DNA from: Candidatus Lokiarchaeum ossiferum
GTDB taxonomy: Archaea; Asgardarchaeota; Lokiarchaeia; Sigyniarchaeales; Promethearchaeaceae
Length of the DNA: 32,000 bases
NCBI GenBank assembly: GCA_025839675.1
Contig: CP104013.1
Span: forward strand, 3,900,001 to 3,932,000
Direction of reading: 5' to 3'
Below, piece after piece: positions 1 to 10,100 of this stretch (position 1 is the first letter of the stretch; each line of letters opens with the position of its first letter). The notes under the pieces were generated by a model. It worked only from the letters and a program-made list of their open reading frames with translations. It was not told the DNA's origin and made no database searches. The translations under genes were made by a program, and so were the position numbers.

Positions 1-15
1 CATAAGGCGGCTAAG

Positions 16-1143
16 ATGTTGAAAAATGAATTGGATGATTTTTGTGATCAGACCTATATAGAAGAATTTGCTGTACGTCCAGAATCATTTTTAGGTTTTA
101 CAAAGTTGATAGCGATTTGTTATATAATTTCTGCAATATGTGTTCTCATTGGAAGAGAGGGAATTTATATCGCCGCTCTTAGTTTATTCATTGGGTTACT
201 GGTTGCCTTAAGTCAGTTCATATTTTATTGGAAAATATTTGATATTTTTTATCAAAAGAAGAAAGGATTCAACGTTAGTGGTATATTAGAGCCTGCGGGT
301 GAAGTAAGGCAGCAAATTATCTTATCTGGGCATCATGATAGTGCTTTTGAATTCAACTTCCTTAAAAAAAAAGCGCAACGATGGTATAGCCCGCGGATAT
401 TTTTAGGAATGATCATGTTTATCGTTGCTAATGTGGCCAGCTATATTTGGTTGATCGATCACCTCATTATAGGCCATGAACCGAGTTATGTCATCGCAAT
501 TAAAATCGCTTTTATAATTGGCTTACTTTTCGTCCTCCCTTTTTATTTCTTCATTGGGAAAAAAGGAACTCCTGGAGCGGGAGATAATTTGATCGCCTCA
601 ACTATGGCAATTAAAGTTGGAAAAATGTTTGCCGAAGAGCGAAAACATCATGTCCCCTTATTAACTCATACAAGATTAATCATTTTAAGTAATGATGCTG
701 AAGAAGCGGGATTACGAGGTGCGAACATTTATTGTAAACATCATCGCAAAGATCTACAAAGTATTCCTACATTTGACTTCAATCTGGATAGCATCTATAA
801 ATTAAGTGAGCTGCAATTTATGTCTTCTGATATCAATGGAACGATCCGGTTATCCAAAGATATGGCAACTGAATGTAGAATAATTGCTGAAGAATTTGGT
901 TTTCATGCAAAAGTCACTCCTATTCCTTTTGGCGGAGGGGGAACAGATGCTGCTGAATTTTCTAAGATTGGGGTCGAATCTACCACTTTGATTTCGATGT
1001 CAACAGATCATAATCGCGAAGGAATTGTTTATCATACGATGGATGATACAGTTGAAAATATTGAGCCGGAAGCGGTTGAAGCTTGTTTGAAAATCATGGC
1101 ACGCTATATCATGAAGAAAGAAAAGGAAATTTCTAAAAACTAA
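16..1143 (+). CDS. Membrane-anchored M28-family zinc metallopeptidase (aminopeptidase-like)
   Basis: 375-aa ORF with ATG start. The N-terminal half is hydrophobic (several likely TM helices). M28-type motifs follow: GHHDS, NDAEEAGLRGA, GGTDAAEF, VYHTMDDTVENIE. Confidence 0.75.
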   Translation: MLKNELDDFCDQTYIEEFAVRPESFLGFTKLIAICYIISAICVLIGREGIYIAALSLFIGLLVALSQFIFYWKIFDIFYQKKKGFNVSGILEPAGEVRQQIILSGHHDSAFEFNFLKKKAQRWYSPRIFLGMIMFIVANVASYIWLIDHLIIGHEPSYVIAIKIAFIIGLLFVLPFYFFIGKKGTPGAGDNLIASTMAIKVGKMFAEERKHHVPLLTHTRLIILSNDAEEAGLRGANIYCKHHRKDLQSIPTFDFNLDSIYKLSELQFMSSDINGTIRLSKDMATECRIIAEEFGFHAKVTPIPFGGGGTDAAEFSKIGVESTTLISMSTDHNREGIVYHTMDDTVENIEPEAVEACLKIMARYIMKKEKEISKN

Positions 1144-1238
1144 TTTTTTTCTTAATGCAATTTTTCCATGTATTTTATCTTTATTGGGTGTTAACACATC
1201 ATAGTATAATTTATTTGACTGTACTGTGAAAGAAAAAT

Positions 1239-1889
1239 ATGGCAAGAAAAAAATCAAAGATTAAATTAAAGAAGAATAACACTCATTCTACGCTCAAAGC
1301 AGTTTCATTAAGTGTATTTTTAACTTTGCTTATCGTGGGAGCAGGAGGTTATTTTGGTTTACCCTATATTTTTCCAAATCTTACTGCAGATCTATCTAAA
1401 TATGACGATAATATTGAAAATACAGATGAAGGTATTCTTTTACAATCAATAATGGTGGAATCGTGGGATTTTGCGTACATTGAAGACTCTAGTACAACTA
1501 ACTATGAACTCGTAGCAGACATGAATCTATCTATCTCGATTACTGCAGGATCAAAAATCAGAGCTCAATTTTCAACCCCCTATGTATTAGAAATTTATGA
1601 CAATATGCAAGGTTTGCTTTCATTCTGGCTTAATCTAACGGTGGTTGGTGTGAAGAAAAAAATGGCCGAAATTTATCATTATTCAGATATAGCAACTGGT
1701 ATTTACACGCGTTTAAGCAGCTTTGCATATTTAGAAGTGTTTACTGATCCCCTTCCTCAAGGCACCTATGAAATCCGGCTTGAATGGATATCGGAATCTG
1801 ATCGTGCTGGAGATAATATCCTAATGTTTAGTCGTCCCAGTTTCTTTAATTACACTAGATCCCTCGTAGTTCAAGAATTCAAATCATAG
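1239..1889 (+). CDS. Hypothetical membrane-anchored protein (basic N-terminus, single TM, extracytoplasmic beta-rich domain)
   Basis: 216-aa ORF with ATG start. MARKKSKIKLKKNN is followed by the hydrophobic stretch AVSLSVFLTLLIVGAGGYFG. No family motif recognised. Confidence 0.5.
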   Translation: MARKKSKIKLKKNNTHSTLKAVSLSVFLTLLIVGAGGYFGLPYIFPNLTADLSKYDDNIENTDEGILLQSIMVESWDFAYIEDSSTTNYELVADMNLSISITAGSKIRAQFSTPYVLEIYDNMQGLLSFWLNLTVVGVKKKMAEIYHYSDIATGIYTRLSSFAYLEVFTDPLPQGTYEIRLEWISESDRAGDNILMFSRPSFFNYTRSLVVQEFKS

Positions 1890-1896
1890 GAATTGC

Positions 1897-2889
1897 CTAT
1901 TTTTTTTCAAGAATAATGTTATTTTTTCCATAATATTTAATCCATAAAATTATTTTATCATAAATACCATAGCTCAACGCTTCTTTATCCGTTAGAAGTT
2001 CATGATAGGCCTTGGGGATGTAAGCTAAAAGTTTATTTTTGGTTTGGATTAATGAAATAAATTCCTTAATGCCTTGGAAATCAATGATGTGATCATTTTC
2101 TCCAAAAAACACAAAGGTTGGACAGAAATTGTCGAAATTTAAATTCTTTAAGTTGTGCACCATTTTCACTGCTTGGTAATAATAACGAGGGGAAACATCA
2201 ACTAAACGGAAGGGATCATTTTGTTGGTATTCAATATAGGCTTTGGCTTTTGTTGAAAATCTTCCCTTGGAAGCATTATGGATGCTTTGCTTTTCAACAC
2301 CCTTAAGGATCGCTCGGGTTAGGGCCGCTTGGATCATGGCAAATTCTGTCACTGGCCATGGTTTTACGGCCGGTGCAAGAAGTACCAATGATTGAATATT
2401 TTTGGGGTTTTTTGCAGTATATGTTATTGCTATTGCTCCTCCCATGCTTTCAGCAACAATATGAAGTGCGAGACCCACATATTTTCTTTTTAAGAAAGCG
2501 ATAAATTCTTCTAAATCTCTTATCCATAATTCAAATTCCTTAATATCGCCTCTTTGATCAAGTTTCTCCCAACTTAAACCATGACCGCGTAAATCAAGTG
2601 AAATTATTTCCCAATTGAATTCAGCCAAATGATCGGCGAGCAAAACAAATTTTTCTCCATGAGAATGCAATCCATGGAGGCATAATACCAAGCGATTTGG
2701 AGGAAGGGCGGAGTATTTTTTCCATATCCGATAGTACAGTGAAAAACCATCAGATGTCTGGAATTCTTTACCTTCACACTGGTATTGATCACTATGCGAA
2801 CGTAAAATATCCAATTTCTGATTTATTTGTTGGGCACTCAGAATCAATTGGGTTTTTTTCAAAGGTTTGATATTTGGAACAAAATCCAT
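1897..2889 (-). CDS. Alpha/beta-fold hydrolase, lysophospholipase / monoacylglycerol-lipase-like
   Basis: 330-aa ORF with ATG start. Oxyanion-type HGLHSHG, nucleophile elbow AESMGG (G-x-S-x-G variant), late acidic residue and His (ENDHII, AYHELL) consistent with a Ser-Asp-His triad. Confidence 0.75.
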   Translation of the reverse strand: MDFVPNIKPLKKTQLILSAQQINQKLDILRSHSDQYQCEGKEFQTSDGFSLYYRIWKKYSALPPNRLVLCLHGLHSHGEKFVLLADHLAEFNWEIISLDLRGHGLSWEKLDQRGDIKEFELWIRDLEEFIAFLKRKYVGLALHIVAESMGGAIAITYTAKNPKNIQSLVLLAPAVKPWPVTEFAMIQAALTRAILKGVEKQSIHNASKGRFSTKAKAYIEYQQNDPFRLVDVSPRYYYQAVKMVHNLKNLNFDNFCPTFVFFGENDHIIDFQGIKEFISLIQTKNKLLAYIPKAYHELLTDKEALSYGIYDKIILWIKYYGKNNIILEKK

Positions 2890-3448
2890 ATATAATATTG
2901 GGAATTCGGAATTTTAAGAATAACGCTTTCCCATTTTTTTTGTCGTTCAGTATACAAAACTTCAAAAAATTTAAATATTTAAAATGACTATTTTTGCTTA
3001 GTAATATATACGAGGTGTATGCTGAATGATGGTAGAAGGAAAAGATCGGAGAACTCTCATTTTTGTGAATAATCAACATACACTTAAGAACATCTTGTAA
3101 TTAACTGACTGTTTATTGTTGTTCATTTCATATTTGTGCAGATTTCATCTAATAAGGCACATTAAGCCACAAATTATTATGATATAGTGTGGAAATTATG
3201 GTATAATTCTTGTAATTCCTTATTCAGATGATTTTCTCCTTAAATTTTCCTTATTGGTGCTTGGAGAAAGATTAATTCAAAATAATCCGATTTTCGTTAG
3301 TTTGAATCTATTTCTTCCCATTAAATTGATTTATCTGATCAAAAATTCCCCCTCATTAACAAATGGGGATAAAGATCTTCGACTCTATTGTGTACGTATC
3401 ATTTTTTTTCTGAAAACAACAAAAATAATTCAAAGTGAAATATCAATA

Positions 3449-4414
3449 ATGGACAATAGTCATAATCAAAAAATTGGATTCGATTTTTCCAAAGACGGAA
3501 TCAATTTTGACTCAATAGCTCAAAATCGTCTGTTTAAGTCGAAGTTCCAGCTTAAAGAAATAACCGTAGCTCAAGCAAAAGAACAATTGCTAGCGACACA
3601 GAAAATTGACAAAGTGCTTAAAGTCATAGGGGGCGGCAAAGAGGCAACTGTCCTCCTCGCACAAGAAAAAGATACAGGTGATTTGGTCTGTGCTAAAGTT
3701 TTTCGATATTATACAAGTACTATCCGAAAAAGATTACAAGGTACCAGACACATCTCCGAAAATGGGATGGCCGGAATTGCTGCTTCTCAAGAATATTGGA
3801 ATTTGGATGGTTTGTATAAAGCAGGAATTCCTGTGCCCAAACCTCGATTACTCCTCAATAATATTGCAATCATGGATTTTATTAGTTCCGAAGAAGATGA
3901 AACTGTCCCAGCTCCTCTCTTAAGGGATGTGGATATTCGAAATTATGGAAATCCTGAAGAAATTTTCTATGAATCAATAGGATTACTCGCTGATATGTTC
4001 CTTAAAGCTCACTATATCCATGGTGATTATTCAGATCATAATCTCTTGATAAAGAAAGAAGGGCTGATTACCATGGATGTTTCACAATCCGTGGAATATA
4101 ACCAAAAGACATTTATCAACACTCCCGTTCGTATCCGTATTGATCATGCTGTAGATATGCTACGTGTAGATATAGAGAATATTAATCAAGCATTCCGCAA
4201 GAATTACCGGCTCCATATGAATACTGAGGAAGTTCTTAAAGAAATATTGGATGAACTCCCTCAAAATTTGCAATCATATCTTGGGAGAACTGAAGATATT
4301 CCCTTCTATTCCGAAGGGTTTTATGCCCCAGAAATATATGCTGGGAAAGAACAAGTTCGTCAAACTGGTGTTCGAAAACGATCAAAACGTAATTATCAGA
4401 GAAAGAAACGATGA
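3449..4414 (+). CDS. RIO-type serine protein kinase
   Basis: RIO signatures: IGGGKEATVLLA (cf. STGKEANVY), VCAKVFR, HGDYSDHNLLI, ITMDVSQSV. Basic C-terminal tail KRSKRNYQRKKR. The ORF track begins at a TTG (3254) whose first 65 codons are low-complexity AT-rich sequence, so I prefer the first ATG at 3449 (MDNSHNQ). Confidence 0.8.
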   Translation: MDNSHNQKIGFDFSKDGINFDSIAQNRLFKSKFQLKEITVAQAKEQLLATQKIDKVLKVIGGGKEATVLLAQEKDTGDLVCAKVFRYYTSTIRKRLQGTRHISENGMAGIAASQEYWNLDGLYKAGIPVPKPRLLLNNIAIMDFISSEEDETVPAPLLRDVDIRNYGNPEEIFYESIGLLADMFLKAHYIHGDYSDHNLLIKKEGLITMDVSQSVEYNQKTFINTPVRIRIDHAVDMLRVDIENINQAFRKNYRLHMNTEEVLKEILDELPQNLQSYLGRTEDIPFYSEGFYAPEIYAGKEQVRQTGVRKRSKRNYQRKKR

Positions 4415-4431
4415 TTTTTTCATTTTTTTTT
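4415..4431 (+). terminator. Poly-T tract (T6, then T9) immediately after the RIO kinase stop; candidate archaeal intrinsic terminator
   Basis: The sequence tgaTTTTTTcaTTTTTTTTT is read directly. Archaeal RNA polymerase is known to terminate at oligo-T tracts. Confidence 0.4.
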
Positions 4432-4468
4432 ATTAAACTTTTTTAATTAATCATTCTAAATTCTTGAT

Positions 4469-5080
4469 ATGAGACGATTAGTATTGTTTTCCAGCTTTGC
4501 CTTTAATCCCAACATTCAAGATGTCGTAAAAAAAATCATTCCTCAAGAAATTTCTGATAAACATATGGTCTTTATACCCGCTAATGGAATCCATAACGCT
4601 CACACTGAAATTTTGGATTATTGGGAGACAGTTGCTAAAAATCATCAAATTGGGTACACATGTGTAGATAACAGCCCTGATCAATCTCCCGACGATTTGA
4701 AATTTGCAAAACAACAAATTCGAAATGCAAATATTATCTTGATTTCTGGAGGTGATACTTATCCTATGCTTTCAAATTTTCAAAAATCGGGATTAGATCA
4801 AGCAATCTTAACATATTGGCAACGTGAAAATATCGTATTAAGTGGTTTTAGTGCAGGGGCATTACTGTTGACTCCAACAATCAATGTAAACAAAGTTCGG
4901 TTGGAAAGTTATGCTAAATTTTCGGAGGAAGAATTGAAAGCTCTTCATCTCGTTGATTTTACTATTTTTCCCCATTATGAGGAGAAGAGGCATAAAACTA
5001 TGCTCGCTCAATATCGATCTCAATATTCCACGGAAATTCGTCCTTTACCTAACGATGCTCACATTGTGATCGAAAAGTAA
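4469..5080 (+). CDS. Peptidase S51 family (dipeptidase E-like) protein
   Basis: 203-aa ORF. ILISGGDTY (cf. ISGGNTF), nucleophile context SGFSAGALLL, later FPHYEE supplying the His/Glu candidates. Confidence 0.65.
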   Translation: MRRLVLFSSFAFNPNIQDVVKKIIPQEISDKHMVFIPANGIHNAHTEILDYWETVAKNHQIGYTCVDNSPDQSPDDLKFAKQQIRNANIILISGGDTYPMLSNFQKSGLDQAILTYWQRENIVLSGFSAGALLLTPTINVNKVRLESYAKFSEEELKALHLVDFTIFPHYEEKRHKTMLAQYRSQYSTEIRPLPNDAHIVIEK

Positions 5081-5112
5081 GATCCTTTTTTTTAGCTTAC
5101 CTTATTTTACTT

Positions 5113-5895
5113 ATGCAGAATCCTGAATGGTTAAAATTGATCAAAGTTTTTTCCTTTGATTTAGGAGATACGCTATTTGAATATTTGGGGAACACACAAA
5201 CATCCTACGATAGAGAAAACCAAATTCTTTTGGAATCAATGGAGAAACATGGTTATCACATTGCTGATATACCAAAATTTCTTGATATTTATCAAAAAAC
5301 AATAAAATCAAACTATTTGGCTTTATTGAAAGAAGGGAAAGATACAAAATACATGTACGTTGTCTTAAGAAAAGTGTTTCAAATAATGGGGTGGACCGTT
5401 CCCAATGTTCCTACTCTCGTTGATATTATTCGTCCCGCTAATCTGCATCGTTTTTCAACATCTAATTTTAAACCATTTCATTATCTTCATTCCCTTTTGG
5501 AGCTTCTACAAAAAAATGGTAGAAAAATGATCTTGATTTCGAATATTCCGGAATCTTCAGGCCCTGGAGAACCTAAATTTGCAGATGAAATTTTAAAAAG
5601 GAATCACATATTTGATTTTTTCTCTTATATCATACTTTCAGGTGAACTTGAAATTAGCAAACCCAATCCAGCCATTTTTAATCAAGCCCTACATTTGACA
5701 GGTGTAAAACCATCTCAAATTGTTCATATTGGTGATAGTTATGAAATGGATGTTGTAGGGGCAGCATCTATTGGAATGAGAACAATATGGCTGACTAATG
5801 GCCATGAATTAAAGAAAAATCCTATAACACGCACTCCCGATTTGGAATTTCCTTCAATTAATGAATTTTATGAATTTCTAAATTTGTCGGACTAA
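5113..5895 (+). CDS. HAD-superfamily hydrolase (subfamily IA-like phosphatase)
   Basis: Motif I-like FSFDLGDTLFEY, motif II ILISNIP, motif III SKPNPAIF, motif IV HIGDSYEMDVVGA. Confidence 0.7.
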   Translation: MQNPEWLKLIKVFSFDLGDTLFEYLGNTQTSYDRENQILLESMEKHGYHIADIPKFLDIYQKTIKSNYLALLKEGKDTKYMYVVLRKVFQIMGWTVPNVPTLVDIIRPANLHRFSTSNFKPFHYLHSLLELLQKNGRKMILISNIPESSGPGEPKFADEILKRNHIFDFFSYIILSGELEISKPNPAIFNQALHLTGVKPSQIVHIGDSYEMDVVGAASIGMRTIWLTNGHELKKNPITRTPDLEFPSINEFYEFLNLSD

Positions 5896-5948
5896 AAATC
5901 ACCTTTTTTTGACCAAACCTTCTTAAAGCCATATTCCCAATTTATATC

Positions 5949-7082
5949 GTGAGTCTTGATTTAAGCATTTTTATTCCTAATTTCGTTGGTTTTGTCTTGA
6001 TTACACTTATTATTTTTTTTACAATCCAGAAAACAAATATCCATAGGAGTCCCATCAAATATTTTCTCTTGAATATGATCTTTGGCTGGCTTTACGCCGT
6101 AGTTGTGATTATTTACAGTTTTAATCCCTTTAATTCAGATAGTGTTCAAAAAATTTTCCAGATTATCTATTTGATGTTAATTTCTATGCAAACGATTGCC
6201 TATTTCCTATTTTTGGAAAGTATAATACGAAAAATTGTTTCTCGAATCCGATTTGCGGTTGTTTTTGTTTCTTTTTCTATTCAAATTTTTGGACAATGGA
6301 CCGTGTACGGATTTATGATCAATAATCTTGATCATTTACCACTTTTTAGAGTTATTTCATTATTTAGTAAATTGGGATATGATGTGATTCAAATATTTGT
6401 CTACGGATTCTGTGGAATTCCAACCTATCAGAAAATGTATGCTTATACTAAAGAAAGAAAAGCAAAACTATTACTCTATGCTCAGTACATTTTGTTTATC
6501 GGAGCTATAATACCTTCTGTCATTGGAATATACAAAATTTATCATAGTTTAAATCCAGTTTTAGTCATTATAAAAGTGATAGGGGATTCTTTACCAATAA
6601 TTGGGATTTTTCTGTTCTTATTTGTTAATTTATCAGATCTTAGCTTTCTCTATCAAGTTCCCTATGATCATTACTTTTTGATAGTCTCGGTAAAAAACAA
6701 TGGTTTGGTAGTTTTGAACATGAAGTTTGAAAATAAGCGCACAAACGTCAAGATTGGAGAGAATTTAATTTCAGGAATGGTTTCTGCCTTAAACGCTGTA
6801 TATAAGTCTATTTTTAAATCTACATCAAATTTCTCAGAAATTGTAAGCGATGATATATCTATGGTTTTTGAAACTGGTCAATATGTTACTGCTATGATCG
6901 GAGCCGATCAAATATCTCGAATTGTCAAGAGTGGATTGAAACAGTTTGTTCTCGATTTTGAAGATCATTATGCTGAAATTTTATCCACTCATCCGAATTA
7001 TGTAGGGGAATTTCAAGATGGAAAAAAAATGGTTAAAAAAATTTTTCCTTTTCTTATTGAACAAAAAATCCAAAGTCAATAA
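5949..7082 (+). CDS. Polytopic membrane protein with a C-terminal soluble domain of about 130 aa (possible roadblock/longin-like fold)
   Basis: 377-aa ORF with GTG start. About 7 hydrophobic segments over the first 240 aa. The soluble tail then reads HYFLIVSVKNNGLVVLNMKF...LISGMVSALNAVYKSIF...ISMVFETGQYVTAMIG. The fold assignment is pattern recognition only. Confidence 0.5.
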   Translation: MSLDLSIFIPNFVGFVLITLIIFFTIQKTNIHRSPIKYFLLNMIFGWLYAVVVIIYSFNPFNSDSVQKIFQIIYLMLISMQTIAYFLFLESIIRKIVSRIRFAVVFVSFSIQIFGQWTVYGFMINNLDHLPLFRVISLFSKLGYDVIQIFVYGFCGIPTYQKMYAYTKERKAKLLLYAQYILFIGAIIPSVIGIYKIYHSLNPVLVIIKVIGDSLPIIGIFLFLFVNLSDLSFLYQVPYDHYFLIVSVKNNGLVVLNMKFENKRTNVKIGENLISGMVSALNAVYKSIFKSTSNFSEIVSDDISMVFETGQYVTAMIGADQISRIVKSGLKQFVLDFEDHYAEILSTHPNYVGEFQDGKKMVKKIFPFLIEQKIQSQ

Positions 7083-7084
7083 GG

Positions 7085-7114
7085 AAAAAAAATAGAAAAG
7101 AAAAACAAAAAAAA
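7085..7114 (-). terminator. Oligo-T runs (read on the minus strand) directly downstream of the 1432-aa gene
   Basis: The plus strand shows A8, A5 and A8 runs at 7085-7114, which are T-runs on the minus strand about 35 nt after the stop at 7149-7151. Confidence 0.35.
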
Positions 7115-7148
7115 TAGAACTGTTCAATTCAATCCTCGAAATACTCGA

Positions 7149-10100
7149 TTATTTGCGTTTATGGAAAGCAATGCTTAGTAAAGCAATCATACTTAGTATA
7201 CCCATGACTGCCGTTGGATAACCTGGAATCGAATCGAATAAGTTTTGTACATCCTCGGAAGTGTTGCTTGTAGTATCGGATGTACTAGTAGTATTAGTGG
7301 TATCAGTATCATCGATCGTATCATCTATACTTCCATCCCATGAAACATAATTATCGGGGATATCAGAAGTAAATACCTCACCCAATTCCACTCCAGTCGG
7401 AGCAGATACTAATACTTGACGTTGCCATCGAGTCCAAGTGCCATTACTGATATAACGAGTCCCCATGAAAAAGTCCTGCAGAATACCCTCTTCATTCACA
7501 GCAATTTTCATGACAGATTCGATTCCATCACCCCTATCCACGACCATTTCAAATGTAGTTCCGCTGATCGTGAGATCTTCCGTAGTTATGGTGACACCTT
7601 CTGGTAATTCCATATAATAGTTGAGAATATCTAGTAATTCAGATTCTTGTGCAGACCAATCTGTCATTCCGATATCAAAGAATTGCGTATTAGCCAAAGT
7701 CCACATATCCTCATCACGGATTGTGCTTAAAAACCACATATTATATGCAATTCCATCTTCTTCATATTGCCAAGTTTCTGAATCCCATGTAGATGAGCCA
7801 GGTTCACGAAATCTTATACTACCAAGAAAGACTACATACTCATTGTCTGTGGATCTTACAGCACCAACAGTATATTCCATACCTCCTTTTTCTGAGGGAT
7901 CTGCTCCAGTATCTTCTTCATTCCAATAGCCTGTGGGACGGTATTCAGATTGTTCCCATTCGTATACATCCAGAGATTGAACTCCCGTAATAGATGAAAT
8001 GTCTGATTCTGATGTTATACCATAAGAACTGTTGACTAAGAAGCCTACGAAGGATTCTTCTCGATCATAACCTGAGGGCTCGTCATTTGTGTTGTTAAAT
8101 TCTTCATTTTGTTTCATGTACATATCTAAATATGCTGTCATACCATAATTGTTCACATCTAATATAACGTCTTGTTGAAAAGTCCATTCACTCCATTCTT
8201 CATAACCACTTCCATCTGACCATGAATCCGACTTTTGTTCATCAAACCGTAGTCGGATTGTATTGGTGCCGAAATTCGATGCAAATGGTTCCGGTGGGCC
8301 ATCCATGTTTCCAAACATAGTGATTATTGCATTTTCTTGTGTGGTCCAATCAACTCCTGCTGGTAATAATACAGGGGGGCCATCAATCTGGCCTAATCCT
8401 CCCATCGTCATGAATGATGCAGGATTTGTGGTATCCCAAACTAAAAATGGTTGAAATCCTTCCTTATGGTATTCCCCAACGGGTTCCAAATTAGGAGTCA
8501 TTTGCATCGTTTCCATACTCCCGACTACACCCATTACGGTCCGATTTAATGCAAAGATATGGGTGACTGTAAAACGCGCTACAATAACATTGGTTTCATC
8601 AACTTTATCATCATTATCCGAACCCCAATTATCTTCATAGCGTTCATTTTGCACGATATATGTCCACCAATCCCCTTCTACCACACCAAGTTCTGGGTGA
8701 TTTTTTGTCATTGAACCAGCAACAGAACAGTTGATAGTGAGAACTAAATCTTGGTGGAAATCTTCCCATTTATCTTCAGCCGATGAATTCCACTGCTTTT
8801 GATGGAACATTCTTACGGTTCCTACAGGATGTCCTGTGTCATGCCCTAACTGTTCAACAAACAGGTAAAAATCTTGTCCTGAATTTGCCATCGTTCCGTG
8901 GATTTCAAGAATCCCTGGTTCCCTGATTAATTCATAACCTGCAGTGAGATTGATATCGTTCTCAATAATATCTGTAATGAAGGCTTCAAATTCTGGAGAT
9001 TGGAAATTAATATTTTTATGGAAATATCCTTCCCCGATCGCAGAATCAGGATGAATCGGATCGACGCGGCATAGCACTCGGTGTCGCCGCGCGCCAGTAT
9101 TTATAACCATATCGGGCTGATCGAAAGATTCTTCAAATCCAATGATAACATCTTCCCCCGTAGCTGGATTGGAATATGCAAAACTAATCCATTCACGACT
9201 CCAAATACCTTGATCTTTATCATCATCTCCATCACCGCCATCATCATCATCTCCATCATCTTCAGTAGGAGGTTCGCCGGATCGGATTTCAATATTATAA
9301 TTCACCCCAATATTCGCCCCAGTTACCTTGAAGTACAACTCATGGGATTCACTGGGATCAATATCAACTTGTAAATAACCATCTTCATCGGAATCATCTG
9401 GATTTACTTGTCCTCCACCAGCAGGATCGATTTCAGATAGTTCAAGACCACAATCTGGATCACAATGGATTACAACTTCATAATGCCATCCTTCGTTACC
9501 CCAGAAAACGAAGTAATCGTCATCAAATTTACTAAGATCGTTATAATGAGTATAACGGGCAGGAGTATCTAACCAAAACGGATTTAAATAATCGTCGTTA
9601 TCTTCGAATTTATCCTCGCGAATATCAATCCAATTATCCCAATCATTATTTATGATGACATTGATCGAGTATGTGTCGTTCCAATATCCTTCAGAACCAT
9701 TCACTTTCAAGTAATAAAAACCAGTATAAGTCGCAGTGTAATCAATAGACCAATAGTCACGAACCATGGGATATCCCTTGATAGTATTGTAAATATCTGT
9801 ATTTTGGAGAATATCCTCTGAATTATTCATGAGATATAGATCCACATCTGCTCCCGTATAATATTCCAATTCCACTTTGATCTGATCTCCGGAATTCACA
9901 TATACTTTATACCAATCATCATCATCGTGTAAATTTAGATACTTCAAGGATAAGGGAAATCCAAAACTGTTAAGATCTGAGGCTGTGTCCATAATATCAT
10001 TATCCTCCATATAATCTGGTTTACCCCACCAATTTTCTATACTTCCGTAATTAGGGTAAACTCGCGTTGTTGAACTTTGCATTTCTTCCCAATTACAATC

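Noticed and set aside
1000-3079. Small ORFs 1000-1257(-), 2118-2306(+), 2604-2792(-) and 2792-3079(-)
   Set aside because: They overlap well-supported genes (M28 peptidase, alpha/beta hydrolase) or run through AT-rich intergenic DNA, and they show no motifs. They are treated as spurious.
3347-3369. Short hairpin (TCCCC ... GGGGA, 5-bp stem and 13-nt loop) in the long 2890-3448 intergenic region, considered as a small RNA or regulatory element
   Set aside because: The stem is too short and the loop too large to be meaningful without conservation data. The region otherwise looks like ordinary AT-rich divergent-promoter spacer.
3254-3448. N-terminal extensions created by TTG/GTG starts in the ORF track: the RIO kinase at 3254, and likewise 14477, 16449, 21376, 21896, 22509 and 29589
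   Set aside because: The extended parts are low-complexity or overlap the upstream gene. In-frame ATGs with better context (purine-rich upstream elements, 1-nt stop-start coupling) give proteins that begin where family homology or signal sequences begin.
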